DNA of 64,000 bases from Callorhinchus milii. Taxonomy: Eukaryota. Positions 1-12,830 of the stretch are shown piece after piece (within the stretch, counting starts at the first letter, position 1; the number at the start of each line of letters is the position of its first letter). The stretch covers positions 49,168,001-49,232,000 of the forward strand of contig NW_024704742.1 of assembly GCF_018977255.1 (NCBI RefSeq), given 5' to 3'. The notes under the pieces were generated by a model. The model saw only the letters and a list, made by a program, of their open reading frames with translations. It searched no databases and was not told the DNA's origin. Made by a program: the position numbers and the translations under genes.

Positions 1-1061
1 CATTCAAAATTTTTCAATTACGGCAGTTCGATTAGTAAATTACTAAACGTAAAATATTGTACAGTAAAACTCACATAAGTCATCTCTTTATAAATTGCAT
101 AATCTTCTAAATTGTACATGCACCAAAGTCCCAGTCAGCTTCCTCCCGAAAAACCCTTTGATTTCTTTGCACGAGTCGGATTTTATAAATTGGAAAAATG
201 GTGAAATTGTAATGGTTTCTTGGTCCTAAATAATCCAAATCCTGTTTAAATCATTTCCTAACTCGTAACGTCGCTGCCACATTTACCGGCTGCCCTTGAA
301 GTACCGCAAAACAAAAGAGCAAGTCTCAAAACCTCAGACTTATTTTTTAGCTGTGCAGCCAGTTCTTGGTGTGACTCACTCTCTGATGAGCATTTTCCTT
401 ACCAAATCTTTCAACTGATGTGAGAAACGTGGACATTTCAGGTGGAGCTATTTCAGGTGGAGCAGCTGAATTGGAACATGCTCTTTCCTCAGCTTCAAAC
501 AGTTATTACTGGGTCATTGCTCCATAAGAGGTCACATTCCTGTCCCTTGCCCTATATGGCTACTCTTGAGGTCAGGCAGCGAGTGCTTTGGCAGTGTGGG
601 GGAAGATGGTAGGTGGGGAGAAGAAAGTGTTAGGCACCTGATTCTGACCACACCTAACATCCCCTTTGTATCCATAATGAACAATGAGCAACAGGAATTC
701 TGTGTGATTTCCCTTTCTCTAATCCATGGGTGCTGTAGCATAGACGAGGGAACAAATCTCTGCATGTTTCCAAGCCTATATTTTGAATAGACAATTTAGG
801 AAGGTGGTGGGGCCAGATTGTAGCTGCAAATTCAAGAGGGAATTTGGAAAATAATTTAATTGAGAGACATGATAAATAGAGTAATGGAAAATTTTGTTTT
901 AAAAAAATATTTTTGTTAAAACCTTGGGACCGGACAGATGGACTGAAATAGTCTTTTCCGGTTCTGTAAATTCCTACAGCTCAACTTCACTTTCCCAACC
1001 GAGCCTCGAGACTTATTCTCTTTAAATATCACAATATTTTATAGGTCGTGAACTCACTTAC

Positions 1062-1123
1062 CGTATAAACGGAATTTCCTAACAGCAGGTAGTCAGGTGT
1101 TTTTCCGTTTGCAAACACATTAT
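1062..1123 (-). CDS. ATP8A1: ATP8A1 coding exon (62 nt, last in window)
   Basis: (D)NVFANGKTPDYLLLGNSVYT; ttgcAG / GTAAGT; gene continues beyond position 1. Confidence 0.95.
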
Positions 1124-3105
1124 CTGCAAGAAGCAAAGACATTAACGTGGGTTCAGGATCACCAAGTGATCAGTTGCTGAAAACTCCCAAGAAAAAAAAT
1201 CACATCTGCTAGTCATATCATAGCACTACATTTTTCATAGTTAACATATGAGCTGATTTTTAAAGGGGCTCTGCTGTCCTGTAAATGTACTGTACCTCCA
1301 GGATTTTGCACTGAAGATATAATAGCTGTGGTAGAATTTTTCACAGCTCATTGGGTATAGGGTAGTTTCACAAGACTATAAATAATTAATACTCCTCCAG
1401 TACTTTAACAAAGGTCAGAAGTATTCTCCTGGGAAATAAGGTTCATCAGTTTGCTATCTGTGGGGAAGAAATATTGTGAATCCATTATAAAAGATGCAAA
1501 TTGGAATACTTTAATGAGAATAAAAACAATAATTTAAAGTCAACGTAAATTTATGAAAGACTGGCCAAACGGATAAAACTTGCTTTGAATTCTTTAATTC
1601 TGTAAACAAACTGAAAGATGATTTTAATTGATGTATTTCATAGGATACATCTTGACTTTCAGATATGATCCTTCAGAAGAGACTTTGGGTTGAACTAAAA
1701 GGATTTTGGACCAAGAGAAAATTGAGTAGAGGATAATGAAGTGGTACACAAGATTTATGGTAAGATATGGCTCAGAATAGATTACCCCATCCACTGTCCT
1801 TACGATCTCTACTTGATGAAGGTCCTGAAAGCAGACCGAGTTTGCAGAGGGTGTAAAGTTAGGTGGGAAGGGAAAATGTTCAAAGCAAGAGAGATAAAAT
1901 CCCATATCCCAACTGCAAGTCTCAAACAGATTACAAAATGAAGGGTGTTCATCAAATGGGTGGACTAGGGGAAACAATCTAGGTTCAATAGTTCACAAGA
2001 TAGTAAGTGTTCTGAAGTATATGGCAGCAGTTCCTGGGACAGTTCAATGCTGGGATGAATAAGAAGATCCATACAAGATACTGACACTCCCGAACTGTGC
2101 TGTTATACTGGAACACAGCATTGAGAGGGAAGCACGTACTTATACTAACTGCTCACAGCTCTGTGGAGACAACTGCGGCAGATGTCTTCAATTTTGACCT
2201 TGACATTTATGGGGAACACAGAGAAACCGTTAGAAAATGTACAGGGGCTGTGGAGGGGGTGGGACGTGATGCATATTTTCCATAAAGGAAAGAGAAGCAC
2301 AGTGTGAAGTTTCACTTCTAGTACTCTGAGCAAACAGGCCTGAGCGAAATGTTCATTTATTCACTTAAGTGAAATTAGTTATATTTCCTCGGGCAGCAGT
2401 TTTGATGAACTCTACCAATTTGTCTTATTTAATTTGAACATGATAAATAATAGGTAGAATGTGGCTGGGGAAGTGTGCACAGAGGCAGTGGTTTACTAGT
2501 AACTGGTGCCTGAACCTTCCTGACAATAATCAACTGAACAGAGACTTTATTAACAATGAAGTACCTAAATTCAAAGTTGAGGTAGGCTTCTTGTAAAATA
2601 CGCACAACAATTCTACTCATTGTCACAATTTTCGTCTGTGGGACAACTGAAAAACACCCTGCTGTTATCTGAAGCTTAAAGAAGCAAACCAACTATTTTA
2701 AATAGGTCTTAACTTCACGTGCATTTCAGCTTCATAATAATGTTCAGTTCACTAATGCACAACTTGCTTATCATTAGATGGACATTCATCTGGGAGGAAT
2801 CAGAGCACGCAATGAATTAACCATATGCATTTCATAAAGATCACCACAAAACAAACCCTCTTGGGATAAAGTTAAACCTATAATTTTGATTAGCCCTTTT
2901 TGTAAAAATCTCAAATTATTGCGTTCAAATAAATTTTAATTGTTTTTTAAAAAAAGGGTACGGTTGAAATTGATATTTTAGTTTTCCACATTTGCGTTTA
3001 AAAAGTAGGGAGGACAAAGTCACAAGAGCTAGACTGTCTGTACAAGGAAATAAAAGTAACCTGACAAGATCCTGCTAAATATTTCTGTTTGCCTGTGCTG
3101 CTTAC

Positions 3106-3184
3106 CATTCTCGAAGACTTTCAGTGGGAACCAGAATAGAATGAACGAGTGGAAAAGGCCGTTCAAACAATAAACCCAGAAAAC
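3106..3184 (-). CDS. ATP8A1: ATP8A1 coding exon (79 nt), transmembrane
   Basis: VFWVYCLNGLFHSFILFWFPLKVFEN(D); ctatAG / GTAAGC. Confidence 0.96.
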
Positions 3185-3910
3185 CTATAGGAAAAGAAAA
3201 ATCCATGAGAACCATTTACGACAACCCACACTGTGAACTCTAACCCTTTTCTTTATTGCTGCTTCAAATTCACTAAGTGTGTTTTTGTCTCACCGCCACT
3301 GCGAGGTGTTTTTACTGACAACCACTTTTTAATCTTTTAAGTAGCTGGGTTTATTTTTGCAGTCTGGCTCACAGCAGCATCTTTTTATATGGTTGTTGTC
3401 TCTTCATTTTGCGTTTTTGACACTTGGCTACCTGAATTGTTCCCGACCAAGCAAGAATACTGTTAGGTCACAAACTTTAGTGACTTGTTTAATACGTAGC
3501 ATCTCACTGCAAATTTAAGCATTGTATCTCTTGTTAGTTGTACACTTCCCAGGTCCATTAAATAAATACAATATTTAACCCACTGCATATTAAGCAACCA
3601 CAGAAACAATGCTATTAAAATAGAACAATAACTGGAGCACAATGAATGTCAAAACGGGGGGAAAAAAATGTAAAACATATTGAAACATTTCACATCTCCA
3701 CACGATGATGCATTGTAAATTTTTCAATGACTACTTTTTCTGCAATTTAACCTCCTTGGACAGACTATCTTTTGTCTGATATCCTTTAAGGATCAATTTA
3801 CAAACTGTTAGCATTGAAAGAGCATGGGATCATCACTGGTGTTAACCATTATAAAGTGGTTACTGCAGGTGGCTAGCTGTTAGGCTGAGAATGACTTTTA
3901 TTCCAATCTT

Positions 3911-4229
3911 TAATAATAATAATAATCCTTGCATTTGATATAGCGCTTTTCACGTCTTCTAGACGTCCCAAAGCATTTCACAAAATATACTGTAAAGTGA
4001 ATTGACTGTATATTTGTGGGCGAAGGCGGCAGCCAATTGTGCACAACAATGTCCCACAAACAGTCGTGGATTGAAAATGACCAATTTTATTATTGTTTTT
4101 GGTTTTGGAGGGATTATTATTAGGTGTGTGGAGTAAGGAAACTTGCCCAAGGTTTCGCCCTGCCTGGAATTGAACTCAGGTCTCTCACTTGCAAAGCGAG
4201 TGCTCTAACCACTGAGCTACAGGACTCCA
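3911..4229 (-). mobile_element. tRNA-headed SINE, young short subfamily, full length
   Basis: Head TGGAGTCCTGTAGCTCAGTGGTTAGAGC (A box)...GTTCAATTCC (B box); tail GCGCTATATCAAATGCAAGG(ATT)n; near-identical to copies at 5.5, 17.7 and 19.2 kb. Confidence 0.92.
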
Positions 4230-4470
4230 GACTGATGTGTTATTTCCCCGATACAATTACAAGTTTAAAGTTAGGTCACTCGCTTTCAATAGATGTCATT
4301 TACTCCAAATTAAATTAAAATAGGCATAAAGGGATTAATTTACCCAGTGTTAAAGTTCATGGGTGTTTGATATAAAATGATGTAGCCATTTTGGTCTATG
4401 ATACTTCACCAAAAATAAAACATAAGAATAAAACCAGATCGAGTTTAGAAATGCAAACTCTTTTTTTGTC

Positions 4471-4800
4471 CATTGGCTCCCTATCCTCCAGAAGTTCGAG
4501 TTCAAGATCCTTGCCTTCACTTTTAAATTCTGCTACACCTGACCTCTGTGACCTTCTAAAAACATTGGGGGTCGGGACCTCAGTCTTTCTGCCTCCAGAC
4601 TCTCTGGAACTCTATCCCTGAATCCCTTCCCCTTGCCCCATCCTTCGCCTCGTTCGCAATCCTTCTCAAGATCTTCCTCTTTGACCATGCCTTCGATCAT
4701 CATCCCCCCTCCTGTCCCCAGCTCGCATATACCCCTCGACTGTTCAACACCTTGGGACATCCTCCTGACATGGAAGGCGCTATATATAAATGCAATCTAC
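4471..4800 (+). mobile_element. L2 LINE 3' fragment, degraded
   Basis: CATTGGCTCCC...TTCAAGATCC (HWLP...FKI-like) and tail GGACATCCTCCTGACATGGAAGGCGCTATA. Confidence 0.8.
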
Positions 4801-5495
4801 TGTCATTAAGTACTAGGCTCTATAATCTGTCTCTCTCTGATGTTCTTCTAAAAGTTTTCAAAGAACAAGAGAGAGAAAAAAAGAGAATATACTGCAGGTA
4901 TACTGTAACAAACTGGGCAATGAAAATTGCAAAACATACCATAAATCCACTGTACAAAACCATAATACATATACTCAAGGCAAATTACTTTCTAAAGACA
5001 ATCACCAGTTAGAAGTTTCGTAAGCAAGACAACTCAGTCCAATTTTAACAGCCTTATCAGTCCCTGCCCTGTTCAGAACACCAAATGTCCTTGAATTTGT
5101 CAGTGATAGGCCAATATTTCGATTGAATTACATTATCTCTAATGTATAACTCAGGTGTTAGCACTTAATTTAAATACACTAGATACTGTACTTTGCAGAT
5201 CAAGATTTAATTCAGGTAGATAAAACATACGTGTGGATTGCCAAGAGAGGAATTTGCTATGACAATGAACGTATATGCATATAATCAATTGCACTAAATA
5301 GGTGGAAAACATGGCCGTTGTTATTCATTTTATTTCGTTATCAATGGATATTGAAAACAAAATTTGAATACTGAAATTGAAGCGCTCTGAGATGCCGTGA
5401 AGAATGCTATATAAATGGAAATTGTTGTTGTTCCTCTAGGGACAACCACTGTTGTACTAACCTATTTTATATTAAAGTCATTTTATTTGGCAACA

Positions 5496-5820
5496 AATAA
5501 TAATAATAATAATCCTTGCATTTGATATAGCGCTTTTCACGTCGGGAGGACGTCCCAAAGCGCTTCACAGAACACACTGTAAAGTTAATTGACTGTATAT
5601 TTGTGGGCGAACGCGGCAGCCAATTGCGCACAGCAATGTCCCACAAACAGTCGTAATTTGAAAATGACCAATTTATTATTGTTTTTGGTTTTGGAGGGAT
5701 TATTATTAGGCTTTGTGTGGAGTAAGGAAACTTGCCCAAGGTTTCGCCCTCTGCCTGGAATTGAACTCAAGTCTCTCGCTTGCAAAGCGAGTGCTCTAAC
5801 CACTGAGCTACAGGGCTCCC
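5496..5820 (-). mobile_element. tRNA-headed SINE, young short subfamily, full length
   Basis: Same head, body and (ATT)n tail as 3911-4229. Confidence 0.92.
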
Positions 5821-6152
5821 CAATACAGATTCTTATATAATCATATGATGTTATGGTTATTATCTTATGATTATACGATAATAATCAGAATCCTTGCATT
5901 TGATACAGCACCTTTTGAATCAGGAGGACATCTCAAAGTGTGGTGACTGCATTTTGCAGGCATATGTGGGATTCAATTTGTGCACAGAAATGTCCCACAA
6001 TCAGTCATGACAATTGTGTTTCTGGGGAGAAGTGATATTTTGTACATAAGGTGAGGGAATCAGTCCTGGGAACTGGGATACCTTTCCATCTCTGGCATTT
6101 AGAGTGAGCATTGATCATTCATAAAAGCTCCATTCAGTAACAAATGCCTCAA

Positions 6153-6870
6153 TACAACAACAACATTACATTTGTATGGTGCCTTTCACATCGGGAGGAC
6201 GTCCCAAGGCACTGGACAGTGTACAGCATTTCAGACCTGAGCTGGGGTCAGGGGGACAGAAGGGAGGGGAGGGGGGGTGGCCGATGGTATGGTCGAAGAG
6301 GAGGGTCTTGAGGCAGGACTTGAAGGAGGCCAAGGAGGGGGTGAGGTGGAGTGATTGGGGGATGGAATTCCAGAGGTTGGGGGCAGAGTGGCTGAAGGCT
6401 CTCCCGCCAATGGTGGGGCGGGTGGGTCATGGGATGTGGAGCAGGCCAGAGCCGGCTGAGCGGAGGGAACAGGTGGATTGGTAGGGGATTAGGAGGTCGC
6501 AGAAGTAGGGTGGGGCAAGGCCATGGAGGGCTTTGTATGTGAAGACCAGGATCTTGAACTGGATCCTCTGAAGGATAGGGAGCCAATGGAGTCGGGCGAG
6601 AGTGGGGGAGATGGGGTCACTGAGTTTGATGTGGGAGAAGACACGGGCTGCAGAGTTCTGGATTATCTGCAGCCTGTGGAGGGAGGAGTTGGGAAGCCGA
6701 CAAGCAGGGGGTTTGCATAGTCGAGCCTGGAGGTGATGAAGGCATGAACAAGAGTTTCAGCGGCCTGAGGGGTGAGGTAGTGGCAGAGACTGGCGATGTT
6801 ACGGAGGTGAGGGAAGGCAGAGCGGGTCATGGCTTGATTGTGAGGGGGAATAGGTTCCTGATTGACTTGG
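6153..6870 (-). mobile_element. L2 LINE 3' fragment (5'-truncated)
   Basis: Colinear with the L2 at 62110-63272; (TTG)n tail at the left end. Confidence 0.9.
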
Positions 6871-7042
6871 TCAATGCAAACCTCAGAAGAGAAAACTTGT
6901 CCCCTGCAATACTTGGATTGGTATCTATTTCCTCACCATCTCTCTCTGTGAGATGGCAGTCTATGAGATTTTAATTGGTTATATTCTAACAGTAGCCTGG
7001 CGCACATTCTGGGGTCTCCAAGCCTCGACTACCCCCTGCCCC

Positions 7043-7240
7043 TTAATAATAAATAATAATAATAATCCTTGCATTTGATATAGCGCTTTTCACGTCGGGA
7101 GGACGTCCCAAAGCGCTTCACAGAACACACTGTAAAGTGAATTGACTGTATATTTGTGGGCGAACGCGGCAGTCAATTGCGCACAGCAATGTCCCACAAA
7201 CAGTCGTGGATTGAAAATGACCAATTTATTATTGTTTTGT
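7043..7240 (-). mobile_element. SINE, 5'-truncated young copy
   Basis: Body and tail match 5496-5690; tRNA head absent. Confidence 0.9.
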
Positions 7241-7596
7241 TTCTCATACACACAGCCTCTCTCTGTCTCGATATTGTCTGGAAATAAATAAGCAAGGTGT
7301 CTCTCTCCAGGGAGCCAGTGTGCATTTCATTCCAGACACAGGGAAATTTCCATACTTAGTATCATACATTAAGCATGTTGATGGGTTTCTGCATGTGTCG
7401 AACATCCATCTGACCAATAAACTATTAAACAGCTATGGCCATTTCTCCATTTAATGAAGTACTTGTTGATTCTGATAAAGACTTTCAGATTTAACTCAGT
7501 TTATGACTTAAGAACTGCTGTAGGCAAAAACATACAACAAAAAATAAAGTAATTACAGGTTATCAAAACTTCCTCATATTAAGAAGTTACCTTAAT

Positions 7597-7880
7597 GTGA
7601 CCCTCATACACGCATTCATAACATCCAGGCCCGACTACGCAAACTCCCTGCTTGTCGGCCTCCTCAACTCCCCCCTCCATAGGCTACAGATCACCCCGCC
7701 CATGTCCTCTCCCGCACCAGGCTCCGCGACCCCATCACCCCGCATCCTTGCCCGGCTCCACTGGCTTCCCATCACACAGAGGATACAGTTCAAGATCCTG
7801 GTCCTCACATTCAAAGCCCTCCATGGCCTTGCTCCCCCTTACCTCGACGCCCTTCTAATACCCTACCAACCTGCCTCACT
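7597..7880 (+). mobile_element. L2 ORF2 C-terminal fragment
   Basis: TLIHAFITSRPDYANSLL...LARLHWLPITQRIQFKILVLTFKALHGLAPPYL. Confidence 0.9.
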
Positions 7881-8440
7881 AAATCAGTGCTACTTTTGCT
7901 CATTGACCTCTGCACTTCATCTTTAGTGTGTCATCATTGTGAGTTTTAGATTGACAGAAAGAACAGGTGGGTGCTATTAAAATGGCTTTCTGTTTCCTGC
8001 CCAAAATTTTCTGCATGTTTCACAACTGCATCTCAGATATGACCTCATTACCTTTCCTTCCTGTTTGTACAGCAAATTAATGCAACACCATAGTAATGTT
8101 TAGTGAAGCTTTAATTTTCTAATCTTCTCTAATCCTCTGTTTCATCCAATGTAATGTTTTGGACTTTGTATTGTGGTTTGAAAGCCCGGTTGTTATTTGA
8201 AAAAATTTATCAAATTCATTAATTTATCCCCTCTCTTTTCAATCTCCTACCGCAATTTTTTTTGTTTTTAAAAAAAACTGTTCAATTCACATGTACTTTT
8301 TCCTTACAGAAGCTGATGAATTAATGAGGCATTTTTGCAACCTTTGATCTTTACTGTTTTGTTGGACCACAGGGCAGGAATTAGTTGCTGTTGTGGGGAT
8401 TCTGGTGCCTGAATAAAACTACTATATTGACTATTAAATA

Positions 8441-8855
8441 TCAGTGGCTCAGTGATAGCACTCTCACCTCTGAGTCAGAAGGCTGTAGTTGAAGTCCCAC
8501 GGGAGTTTGAGTTCACAATCTAGACTGATAACCTATACAGTGCTGTGGGAACATTGCATCTTTTGCCATCCTTTGGAGGTGACTTTAAATCAAAGACCCA
8601 TCTATCTGTTAAGGTGCATGTTAAAGATCTCTTGGTACTATTTGAAAAGAAAAGGGAGTTTCTCTCAGTGTCCTGGCTGAGTAATTAGTAATTCACTTAA
8701 TAACTGTTGTGGCACTTTGCCATGCGCAAATTGGTTGCCACATTACCTACAAGTACACAGTGTTCACACTTTACAGTAAACTCATGTGAAGCATTTTAAG
8801 TCTTTTTGATGATGTGATAAGGCGCCAGATCGAAAGAAGAACAATTATTATTATT
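8441..8855 (+). mobile_element. Deu-domain SINE (SacSINE1-like), old, near full length
   Basis: Head CTCTCACCTCTGAGTCAGAAGG; Deu-like core ...TGTTAAAGATCTCTTGGTACTATTTGAA; L2-type tail. Confidence 0.8.
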
Positions 8856-9094
8856 CCACAGAAAACGGGAACCAGCACCATGACGTCCTTTAGGTCAAAC
8901 AAAATAATATAAAATAGAAGAAGGGTCTCAATCCCATTTTTCTGAGATTGCACGTTGAGGCCAAGTACTGGAGGAATACATTTGGTGCCTCAATTCAATA
9001 TGCAGTCACAAAATACATATTAGAGGAAGCAGTGAATTGAGGAAACAATTTAACAGCTATCGTTAACAGTTTTGTTTAGAGAGGAGAAAGAATG

Positions 9095-9292
9095 TAATAA
9101 TAATAATAATCCTTGCATTTGATATAGCGCTTTTCATGTCTTCTAGACGCCTCAAAGCGCTTCACAGAATATACTGTAAAGTGAATTGACTGTATATTCG
9201 TGGGCGAAATGCGGCAGCCAATTGCACACAGCAGCGTCCCACAAACAGTCGTGGATTGAAAATGACCAATTTATTATTGTTTTTTTTCTTGA
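9095..9292 (-). mobile_element. SINE, 5'-truncated young copy
   Basis: Body and (ATT)n tail of the young family. Confidence 0.9.
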
Positions 9293-11819
9293 GGGACATG
9301 TAGGCTAAGAACAACAGGCAACAACAAAATTGGGGGAATACAAATAGGCTAGAAGATACTGAGAAAAGAGAGAGCAGACTAGACTTTAATACAATTGAAA
9401 GCAGTGTAACATTACCTCTACCCATAGAGGTGATGTATAATGGTGGTGGTCTGTATTTATATGATTCATTCAAATCACTGATTCTGCAATTGATTCATTA
9501 AGTCCCATGGATGTGCAGATGTTGACGACAGGAGAGTTACAGAACAAACACTTACAATGTTGAGCAACAATCCTCCAGATCCAGCTGGCCATTCACTTCA
9601 TGTTTGCGCAAGCATGTGCCAACAAAATACACAGTCACTACAGTTTACAGTAAATCGTTTGACGTGTTTTGACGTGTACTGATGATGTGATAAGATGCTC
9701 TATCAAATGTAAAGATTATTATTATTATCGTCATTATAAGTGATTCAATTTTAAAGATTTTCTTTAGCTCTTAAAAAAGACTTTCAGAAAACCAGATTCA
9801 AAATTAAAATCGTGACTGTGTAAAAACAGTATAATTCTACATCAAACAGTTGCCTGGATCGGGACACCTCCTGTGAGCCCCAGCCGCAATCCCAGACAAA
9901 TAAATTGGTTTTATTAATTTACATCTCCTCCTTGGTATTCAGTGACTGTAAAGCAATCTCTCATGTCGTACTTTACCAAAGGGCTTTTGGAAGACCTTTA
10001 TTTATGCCTTTTAATTGTCAAACTGGCATCTCACTTCCTCAAAAAAGTCTTAGGAAAAATAAATCATGCTATATATACTCTGCCTTGTTCAGATGGCTCC
10101 AGATATAGTCTCATTCAATATACACTGATAAATAAGCAGAAAGGAATTTCAGGGCTGAAAATTGCTCCCATTCAGAGATCTGATTCAAACTTGCATAACC
10201 ATGAGTAACAGTGCAAATTCACCCGTCCAGCCCAGTAGATTTTCAAAATAGCTGCAACTATAAGCAAACTACCCAGGAGTTAGCACAACAGTAGATTTGC
10301 TCATTTGGTTCTATTGATAATCTCTCCAAAGATTTGTTCCAAATAAAACAGGTTATTTTTTCTCTCCTAAACGGCTGCTTTTTTCTGCTGCCTTAGAAAC
10401 TTTGAATTCTAAGCATTGCTGAGGGAAAGAGATCAGCGTCACTGTGGCTTTTCCTTCAACGGCTTTAGCAGTTAGGGAGCGAGGAAAGAAAGTTGGAACA
10501 TGGGTCACTCCTCTTGTTGACCTTGCCTGGATCGGGACACCTCCTGTGAGCCCTAGCAGCAATCCCAGACAAAGGAATTACGATTATGCTAGGTACTGTA
10601 GTAGTTATTTGGTACCATTGACAGGTGAAAAACTTTTTAACTCTAGTAGTAAGTTTCCAGTTTGCAGACAATGAAAAACACACGTACCTTATAAATGAGA
10701 GCACAATCAAATTGCACTGGGAATGCTGCAATTAAATAATACTTTTCCACAATGAAATACTCTAGCTGGAATTTTCTGCCTCATTTCTCAGGTCGTATCA
10801 GCCACAAGCGACACTAAAGATAATCTCTAAAAGCCCCAAATAGTCTTCGTTCTTTTGACCTGAATGGCAAAGACTGTCAGACAAAATCAGCCCAAACTGA
10901 CCAGAAGAGTACAAGACTATAGTGATGTTAAATCATGATGTCAGCCAGATTTGTCAGGGCCTCTAGACTTTTGAATTAGTTGAATAGTCAGCACATTGAT
11001 ACGAATTGCAAATTACTCACTGTCTGGATTAGCTGAAAACTTATTCTGTGATAAGTCTTCAACAGAATGTGATTAATTCCAGTCAGATAAAATCCAACTG
11101 TTAGATCTCTTAGAATATTAGGCTGCACATATGACCATGGAAGCAAGAATAGACACTTATCATTGTGCATCAATGACGTTGCACACTAATTTCTGTGAAC
11201 CTTTGAGGGCATTGTTTAATATGTTCACTGCTAAAAGCCACTGTGAAACAGGACACATGTAGACACTTTTGTCCTTTGGGACTTCTACTATTGTGTGGTT
11301 AGCAGGACCACCAACTGTAAACATTGCCTCCCATAAAGAAGTCACACTCACATATTTCTATTATTATTAGGGTGACACTCGTTCGTAATTCTGTACTAAT
11401 TTGGTGTCACCAAATGCCAACACCGATAAGCTTTGAAATATTATGCGGCAAAGCATTTATGCGGCACCCTAAGGACATCTAGTGGTGTTACAAGACTCCT
11501 ATTCCAGGCCAGTTCCCAATGGTTGTAAACTGGAACTGTGATGGGTCTATTAAACTAATAATCTGCAAAACCCATATTGGCTATTGTTATTTCAATAGTT
11601 TGGGGAGTAGAAAATTCGAACACAACATGAGATGCAACTAAAAGCTAACTTTCAAAGTTGCAAGTATTATAAATTGTTTGACAGAAAATGATCCAATTAA
11701 ACTGATTTATTTGCAATTTATAAAACAGGTTAAATTCATTATAACCAATCAAATGAAAGTTTCACAGTATACCGAATATATTAAGGTAGTAATTATTAGT
11801 TTGATTCTTTCTCTTACAG

Positions 11820-12100
11820 CTCCATACACAAGATAACGGTTAGGGGATCTAAAAGAGAATTTAGGAGGAACTACTTCACGTGGATGGTAGTGAGACAGCG
11901 GAACTTACTGCCCGAAGCAGTGGTTACATCAGATAGTATAAGACACATTCCAGAGGAAAACCTTCAGATTTGGGAGAGGGGAACAAAAGTGTATGGGAGG
12001 GAGAAAGGAGTGGGTAGAGACTTGTGTGCAGTATAAATACTGTCACGGACTGGTTGGTCTGAGTGGCCTGTTTCCCTGCTGTACATTCTTTGTAATCTTT
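11820..12100 (+). mobile_element. CR1 LINE 3' end, degraded
   Basis: Remnant of RNYFT.RVV..WN.LP coding sequence followed by GGTCTGAGTGGCCTGTTTCCCTGCTGTACATTCT CR1-type 3' terminus. Confidence 0.7.
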
Positions 12101-12555
12101 GTCTCATTCTAAAACACGCAAGAGAATAAGTCACACGGTCATGGATGTCTTATATTTCATATTATGGACACATGTGTAGCTGGTCTTATTTTCATCATCT
12201 CCTGTACCACTAAACAGGTGCTTTAGTGTTTCCATACAAAATGGAGACATATACATATATATAATTATACAGTTACATAAAGTGATACAGTCATTCAGCG
12301 AAACTAGTCTGTGCTGGAGTTTATACTCCACGCAAGCCCCCACCCCTCCTATACCTCTCTATTCCCTTCTCCCTACATCAAGTGTTGTTTTCTTTTAACA
12401 AATATTTGATATTTTCTATGCAAATTGACTTAAGGCTATAGTACAGAACTAGCTAACTTTAAGGGTAGAGACAGTTGTACTGGTGGTTGAAAATTCAGTA
12501 TTTGCTTTTTTCCCCTTTCCCGTTCTCAATGGCATAACTGATAAGGATAGACATA

Positions 12556-12830
12556 CAATAATAACAATAATAATAATCCTTGCATTTGATATAGTGCCTT
12601 ATCACATCATCAAGACGTCTCAAAGCTCTTCACAGGATATATAGTAAAGCGGTTTGACTATGTATTTTGTGGGTGAACGCGGCAGCCAGCGACGGAGTGA
12701 GTGACCGATTTTTTTTATTTGGGGGATTGTTCGCAGGACATTGGAAGAAACTCCTGTTTTCCAACAGTGCGATGGGTTCTTTAACATCCACCTAAACAGG
12801 CATATGGGACTTGATTTAACGCGTCATCCA
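12556..12830 (-). mobile_element. Deu-domain SINE 3' part
   Basis: Tail plus reverse complement of the Deu core (CTTTAACATCCACCTAAACAGG). Confidence 0.75.

Noticed and set aside
383..434. CTGATGAG...GAAAC hammerhead-like words
   Set aside because: No convincing stem II or flanking stems; likely chance
435..463. 15-nt tandem duplication ATTTCAGGTGGAGC(T)
   Set aside because: Ordinary slippage-type duplication with no further structure
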